The notes beneath the pieces are model-generated. The model had not been told where the DNA came from, did not search any database, and saw only the letters and a program-made list of their open reading frames with translations. A program made the position numbers and the translations under genes. 64,000 nt of DNA from Mobula hypostoma. Its lineage: Eukaryota. Location: assembly GCF_963921235.1 (NCBI RefSeq), contig NC_086107.1, positions 93,374,001 through 93,438,000 of the forward strand, given 5' to 3'. Position 1 is the first letter of the stretch, and each line of letters opens with the position of its first letter. Of the stretch, positions 58,011-64,000 are shown piece by piece.

Positions 58011-61000
58011 AGTGGCGATTACAGAGACTTGGCTAGCACCAGGGCAGGAATGGATTATATTCCTGGATTTCAGTGCTTTAAAAGGGATAGAGAGGGCAGA
58101 AAAAGGGGAGGAGGGGTGGCATTATTGGTCAGGGATACTATTACAGCTATAGAAAGGCTGGGTAATGTAGCAGGATCCTCTTTTGAGTCAATATGGGTGG
58201 AAGTCAGGAACAGGAAGGGAGCAGTTACTCTATAGGCCCCCTGGTAGCAGCAGAGATACAGAGGAGCAGATTGGGAGGCAGATTTTGGAAAGGTGCAAAA
58301 ATAACAGGGTTGTTATCATGGGTGACTTTAACTTCCCTAATATTGATTGGCACCTGATTAGTTCCAAGGGTTTAGATGGGGCAGAATTTGTTAAGTGTGT
58401 CCAGGATGGATTCCTGTCACAGTACGTGGACAGGCCGACCAGGGGGAATGCCATACTAGATCTAGTACTAGGTAATGAACCGGGTCAGGTCACGGATCTC
58501 TCAGTGGGTGAGCATCTGGGGGACAGTGACCACCATTCTCTGGCCTTTATAATTATCATGGAAAAGGATAGAATCAGAGAGGACAGGAAAATTTTTAATT
58601 GGGGAAGGGCAAATTATGAGGCTATAAGGCTAGAACTTGCGGGTGTGAATTGGGATGATGTTTTTGCAGGGAAATGTACTATGGACATGTGGTCAACGTT
58701 TAGAGATCTCTTGCGGGATGTAAGGGATAAATTTGTCCCAGTGAGGAAGATAAAGAATGGTAGGGTGAAGGAACCATGGGTGACAAGTGAGGTGGAAAAT
58801 CTAGTCGGGAGGAAGAAGGCAGCATACATGAGGTTTAGGAAGCAAGGATCAGATGGGTCTATTGAGGAATATAGGGTAGCAAGAAAGGAGCTTAAGAAGG
58901 GGCTGAGAAGAGCAAGAAGGGGGCATGAGAAGGCCTTGGCAAGTAGGGTAAAGGAAAACCCCAAGGCATTCTTCAATTATGTGAAGAAAAAAAGGATGAC
59001 AGGAGTGAAGGTAGGACCGATTAGAGATAAAGGTGGGAAAATGTGCCTGGAGGCTGTGGAAGTGAGCGAGGTCTTCAATGAATACTTCTCTTCGGTATTC
59101 ACCAATGAGAGGGAACTTGATGATGGTGAGGACAATATGAGTGAGGTTGATGTTCTGGAGCATGTTGATATTAAGGGAGAGGAGGTGTTGGAGTTGTTAA
59201 AATACATTAGGACAGATAAGTCCCCGGGGCCTGATGGAATATTCCCCAGGCTGCTCCACGAGGCAAGAGAAGAGATTGCTGAGCCTCTGGCTAGGATCTT
59301 TATGTCCTCGTTGTCCACGGGAATGGTACCGGAGGATTGGAGGAAGGCAAATGTTGTTCCCTTGTTCAAAAAAGGTAGTAGGGATAGTCCGGGTAATTAT
59401 AGACCAGTGAGCCTTACGTCTATGGTGGGAAAGCTGTTGGAAAAGATTCTTAGAGATAGGATCTATAGGCATTTAGAGAATCATGGTCTGATCAGGGACA
59501 GTCAACATGGCTTTGTAAAGGGCAGATCGTGTCTAACAAGCCTGATAGAGTTCTTTGAGGAGGTGACCAGGCATATAGATGAGGGTAGTGCAGTGGATGT
59601 GATCTATATGGATTTTAGTAAGGCATTTGACAAGGTTCCACATGGTAGGCTTATTCAGAAAGTTAGAAGGCATGGGATCCAGGGAAGTTTGGCCAGGTGG
59701 ATTCAGAATTGGCTTGTCTGCAGAAGGCAGAGGGTGGTGGTGGAGGGAGTACATTCAGATTGAAGGATTGTGACTAGTTGTGTCCCACAAGGATCGGTTC
59801 TGGGACCTCTACTTTTCGTGATTTTTATTAACGACCTGGATGTGGGGGTAGAAGGGTGGGTTGGCAAGTTTGCAGATGACACAAAGGTTGGTGGTGTTGT
59901 AGATAGTGTAGAGGATTGTCGAAGATTGCAGAGAGACATTGGTAGGATGCAGAAGTGGGCTGAGAAGTGGCAGATGGAGTTCAACCCGGAGAAGTGTGAG
60001 GTGGTACACTTTGGAAGGACAAACTCCAAGGCAGAGTACAAAGTAAATGGCAGGATACTTGGCAGTGTGGAGGAGCAGAGGGATCTCGGGGTACATGTCC
60101 ACAGATCCCTGAAAGTTGCCTCACAGGTGGATAGGGTGGTTAAGAAAGCTTATGGGGTGTTAGCTTTCATAAGTCGAGGGATAGAGTTTAAGAGTCGCGA
60201 TGTAATGATGCAGCTCTATAAAATTCTGGTTAGGCCACACCTGGAGTATTGTGTCCAGTTCTGGTCAACTCATTATAGTGTACGGGGTCTTTCTTTTGTT
60301 ACATTTAAAATGGCGACTTTGTTATGTTAATCTGGGGAATGCAGCTTTGTTGTGTTTTAACGCTGAAGAGAGTTTGTGCTAACAGTTTGTTTTATTTTAA
60401 AATGAGATAACAGGGTTCTATTAGCCAATGCGTGGTTATGTATCGTTTTGTTTTCGGATACCATGCTGTATGATATGACTGTGGACTGAGTTTTGGCGGG
60501 GAGTCGGAGGAGAGACGAGGAGGACGGCGGACGTGCGAAGAGGCTCCGGTCAATCACTCAGGGTGGTCCCGAGCCATGAGTCGACGGAATTCGGGTGGTC
60601 GTCTGACGTCGAATTGAGCTCCAACGGTAGCGCGCGAAGAACTTGGTCTTTGATAAGTGTTGGCACCTTTTTTTTTCCATTACTTTCCTCTCTGTATCAA
60701 ATGTCTATTAATGTCATAGAATTAGTAATATATAAAGTTTATTTGTTAAAATTTACTGGGTGTGCTGGCTGATGATTGATGTTTGTGATTGATTCGGGCG
60801 GCGACTGACCCTGTGGGGAGTGTTGAAGCAGGTGCTGGGCTGGATTTCCCCAAAACATACACGAGCCAATATAACGGAACGTTACAATAGGAAGGATGTG
60901 GAAGCATTGGAAAGGGTACAGAGGAGATTTACCAGGATGCTGCCTGGTTTAGAAAGTATGCATTATGATCAGAGATTAAGGGAGCTAGGGCTTTACTCTT

Positions 61001-61386
61001 TGGAGAGAAGGAGGATGAGAGGAGACATGATAGAGGTGTACAAGATAATAAGAGGAATAGATAGAGTGGATAGCCAGCGCCCCTTCCCCAGGGCACCACT
61101 GCTCAATACAAGAGGACATGGCTTTAAGGTAAGGGGTGGGAAGTTCAAGGGGGATATTAGAGGAAGGTTTTTTACTCAGAGAGTGGTTGGTGCGTGGAAT
61201 GCACTGCCTGAGTCAGTGGTAGAGGCAGATACACTAGTGAAGTTTAAGAGACTACTAGACAGGTATATGGAGGAATCTAAGGTGGGGGCTTATATGGGAG
61301 GCAGGGTTTGAGGGTCGGCACAACATTGTGGGCCGAAGGGCCTGTACTGTGCTGTACTATTCTATGTTCTATGTTCTATGTTCTAT
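58011..61386 (+). mobile_element. CR1 LINE, nearly complete ORF2 (one nonsense codon at 59761, one frameshift near 58230), interrupted by a solo LTR
   Basis: ORFs 58183-59763, 59770-60278 and 60887-61311 are collinear APE, RT and C-terminus; (TTCTATG)n tail; GAGT duplication at 58007-58010 and 61387-61390. Confidence 0.95.
60279..60886. mobile_element. Solo LTR (608 bp), Gypsy-like or retroviral
   Basis: Ends TGTACG...CGTTACA; 4-bp TSD ATAG at 60275-60278 and 60887-60890; removing it restores the CR1 frame WSTHYRKDVEALERVQ. Confidence 0.9.
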
Positions 61387-62680
61387 GAGTGGGAAGCACC
61401 AGAGAGACAAGTGAATGAATCAATTGTTTGAAATCAAATGACCTGGCCAGGTGCTTAAGGGCTGGGTGTGCCTGCACCTGCACCACCCCCTGCCCCTGGC
61501 ACTACTTCTCTGCCACCCATCCCACACCCTTCCCACGGCACTCCACCCTCACCATTCTCTACATCCTTTGCTCCCGCCAGATTTACAAACTTGCTCTCCT
61601 CTCCATGATGGCAAATACAGTACTGTGCAAAAGTCTTAGGCACCTCAGCTATATATATGTGCCTAAGATTTTTATGCAGTACTATATCTGCTTCTACCAC
61701 CAAAACTGGGCAGTGCAATCTACACACTTACCACCATCTGTGTAAAAAACTTCCTCTGACATCCCTCCTGTACTTTCCTCCAATCACCTTAAAATTATGC
61801 CCTCTTGTATTAGCCATTGCTGCCCTGGGGGAGAAAAGGCACTGACTGTCCACTGTATCTATGTTTCTTACCATTGCATACACCAAAGAGAAAAACCCTA
61901 GCTCACTCAACCTAACCTCATGAGACTTGCTCTATCAAAGTCCTGCTGTAACCTACGGCAACTTCCAACACTAACCACAACACAGCCACTTCTGCGAGCC
62001 TTCGACAAATTTTTCTAGCCCACCTTTGCACTTCCTCATCCAAGTCATTTATAAAAATCACCAAGAGCAGGAGCTCTGGAACAGGTACCTGTGGAACACC
62101 AGCCTCCGGGCAGAATATGCTCCATCTATTAGAGATAGAGACAATAAGATGCAGACCTTTTCCTAGGGAGGGATAGCTGAAAAATCAAGAGGGCAGAAGT
62201 TTAAGATTAGAGGAGAGAGATTTAAAAGAGGATATCCAGGACAGATCCTTCACACAAAGGGTGGTGTGTACTCTGACTGTGCTGCCAAAAATAATGGTTG
62301 AATCAGGCACATTAACCACATAGATAAGTAAATGGGTGGGAGAGGTTTAGAAGGCTATGGGCCAAACGCAGGCAGATGGTTCTAGCTTGCTGGGCAACAC
62401 AGTTGGCATGGACAAGTTGGGCCAGAGCACCTATTTCTATGCTGTATGACTCAATAACACAGGTATCACAGCTAGAAAGGGTGGGGAAGAAGTCTTTTGG
62501 CAGAATAGCGTTCATCAGGGCACTGAGTACAAAAGTTGGGATGTTATGATGCAGTTGTAAAAGATGCTGGTGAGGACGTATTTGGAATATTTTGTACCTC
62601 AGCTATATATATATATGTATGTGTGTGTGTGTTTTGTCCACTCTGCGAAAGGGCAGATGCCATTAAACTGGAAACAGTGT

Positions 62681-63128
62681 GAAAAAAAAATCACATAATA
62701 CATGAGTGATGATAATCCTGATTCTGATATGGGTCTCTTTTGTGGACTGAGAGTGGGAAGGGGGCAGGGAGAAGGGAATCATGGTTGGGAAAAGGGAAGG
62801 GGAGAGGGGAGGGAGTGGGGAAGCAACAGAGAGGCATTCTGTAATGATCAATAAACCAACTGGTTGGAATCAAATGACATTGCCTGATGTCTCAGGGCTG
62901 GGTGTGACTGTACCCACACCACCCCCCCCTCCCCCTGGCCGGGCACTCCTTCTCTGCCGTATGCTTCATACCCCTCCTGTGGTTCTCCATCCTCGCCACT
63001 CGCAACACCCCTTGCTCCCGCCAGACTTCCAAACTCACTCTCCACTCCACATTGTCAAGTACTGTACTGCGCCGCAGTCGTAGACAGCCTAGATATGTGT
63101 ATGTGCCTAAGACTTTTGCACAATATCG
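62681..63128 (+). mobile_element. Second copy of the hairpin-ended MITE (left end lost), within a CR1 3' fragment 62480-63460
   Basis: GAGTGATGATAATCCTGATTCTGATATGGGTCTC...GTGCCTAAGACTTTTGCACAATA. Confidence 0.8.
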
Positions 63129-63754
63129 TATGTAAAATCATGAGGGGCATGGACAGGTTAGATGCACGCTGTCTTTTCTCCAGGGTTGGGGAATCAAGAA
63201 CTAGCGGGCATAGGTTCTACATGCCAGGAGTGAGACGTCATAGGAAACTAAGAGGCAACTTCTTCACCCAAAGGGTGGCCATAAGTGGAATGAGCTCTGA
63301 GAGGAAGTGAGTGAGGCAGGTACACTAACAGCATTTAAAAGCTATTTGGGCAGGTACACAGATAGGAAATGTTTAGAGTGCTATGGGCCGAACATGGGTG
63401 ACTGGGACTAGATCAGATGGACATCGCCATCGGCATAGACTGTTTCTATGCTGTACAAGTCTGCGTTCTTAATACTGACAGTGCTGGAGACATCCTGTGA
63501 ATAACTAACTAGAAAAATCAGGTGTTAACCACATCGGTGAGTCTAGAGTCACGAGTAGATAAAACTGAGTAAAGACAGCGAACATCCTGTCCTGAGGAGG
63601 TTAGTGAACAAGATGGATTTTTACAACAATCTGATAGTCTCATCGTGGCTAGGAATAGATTTATAATTCTGGATTATTAAATAACTTGTATCTAATATTT
63701 GCCTATTGCCCAAGTGGGACTTAATCTTCTGTGCTTGGATCATTAATCTTGCCG

Positions 63755-64000
63755 GATGCTTAAATGTAAATGTCTCGACCACTTCCACTGACAGCCTGTT
63801 CCATATTCTGACCACCCTCTGTGTGAAAAGTTTGCCCCTTGCATTCCTATAAATTCTCTTCTCTATCAGCTTAAACCTATGCCCTCTGGTTCTCAAATCC
63901 TAGGAAAAAAAAGATGATGTGCCTTTACCCTATCTGTGCCCCTCATGATCTTACATACCTCTGTAAAATCACCCCTCATACTCTTGTGGTCTAACGAATA
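63755..64000 (-). mobile_element. CR1 3' fragment
   Basis: Minus ORF RTRGHRFKL...LFTQRVVRIWNRL. Confidence 0.8.

Larger units (their letters stand above)
55943..61684 (+). mobile_element. Tc1/mariner-type MITE with hairpin ends, split into three pieces (55943-56148, 57992-58010, 61387-61684)
   Basis: End motif CAGTACTGTGCAAAAGTCTT; the pieces are collinear with the copy at 62681-63128; inserted at TA in a minus-strand CR1 3' fragment (55775-55942 / 61685-61940). Confidence 0.8.

Overview
Repeat-dense eukaryotic DNA. The repeat set (abundant CR1 LINEs, Rex1/Babar, V-SINE, CORE-SINE and Deu-type SINEs, Penelope-like elements) points to a cartilaginous fish, probably a ray; this is inference from recognised families, not a database result. 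I find no convincing host protein-coding exon, and almost all long ORFs are transposon-derived or low-complexity artefacts. The window looks like a gene desert or very large intron: heavily nested transposons separated by short unique AT-rich islands with homeodomain, Sox and TCF motifs (candidate conserved non-coding elements). The strongest signal is a Penelope-like (RT + GIY-YIG) retroelement at 31273-33605. It has an open ORF, an inverted terminal repeat, a perfect 14-bp TSD, and a minimal type I hammerhead ribozyme in its terminal repeat. About 15 copies of that ribozyme motif lie across the window, including a retrozyme-like tandem trimer and palindromic pairs. Also present: an in-frame-deleted Buster-type hAT with mismatched flanks, a four-tier nested insertion ending in a solo LTR, three unrelated DNA-transposon derivatives with duplicated or hairpin TIRs, a 47-bp minisatellite with higher-order structure, and a 1.7-kb hexamer satellite grown from a retroposon tail. 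Boundaries of degraded repeats are approximate.
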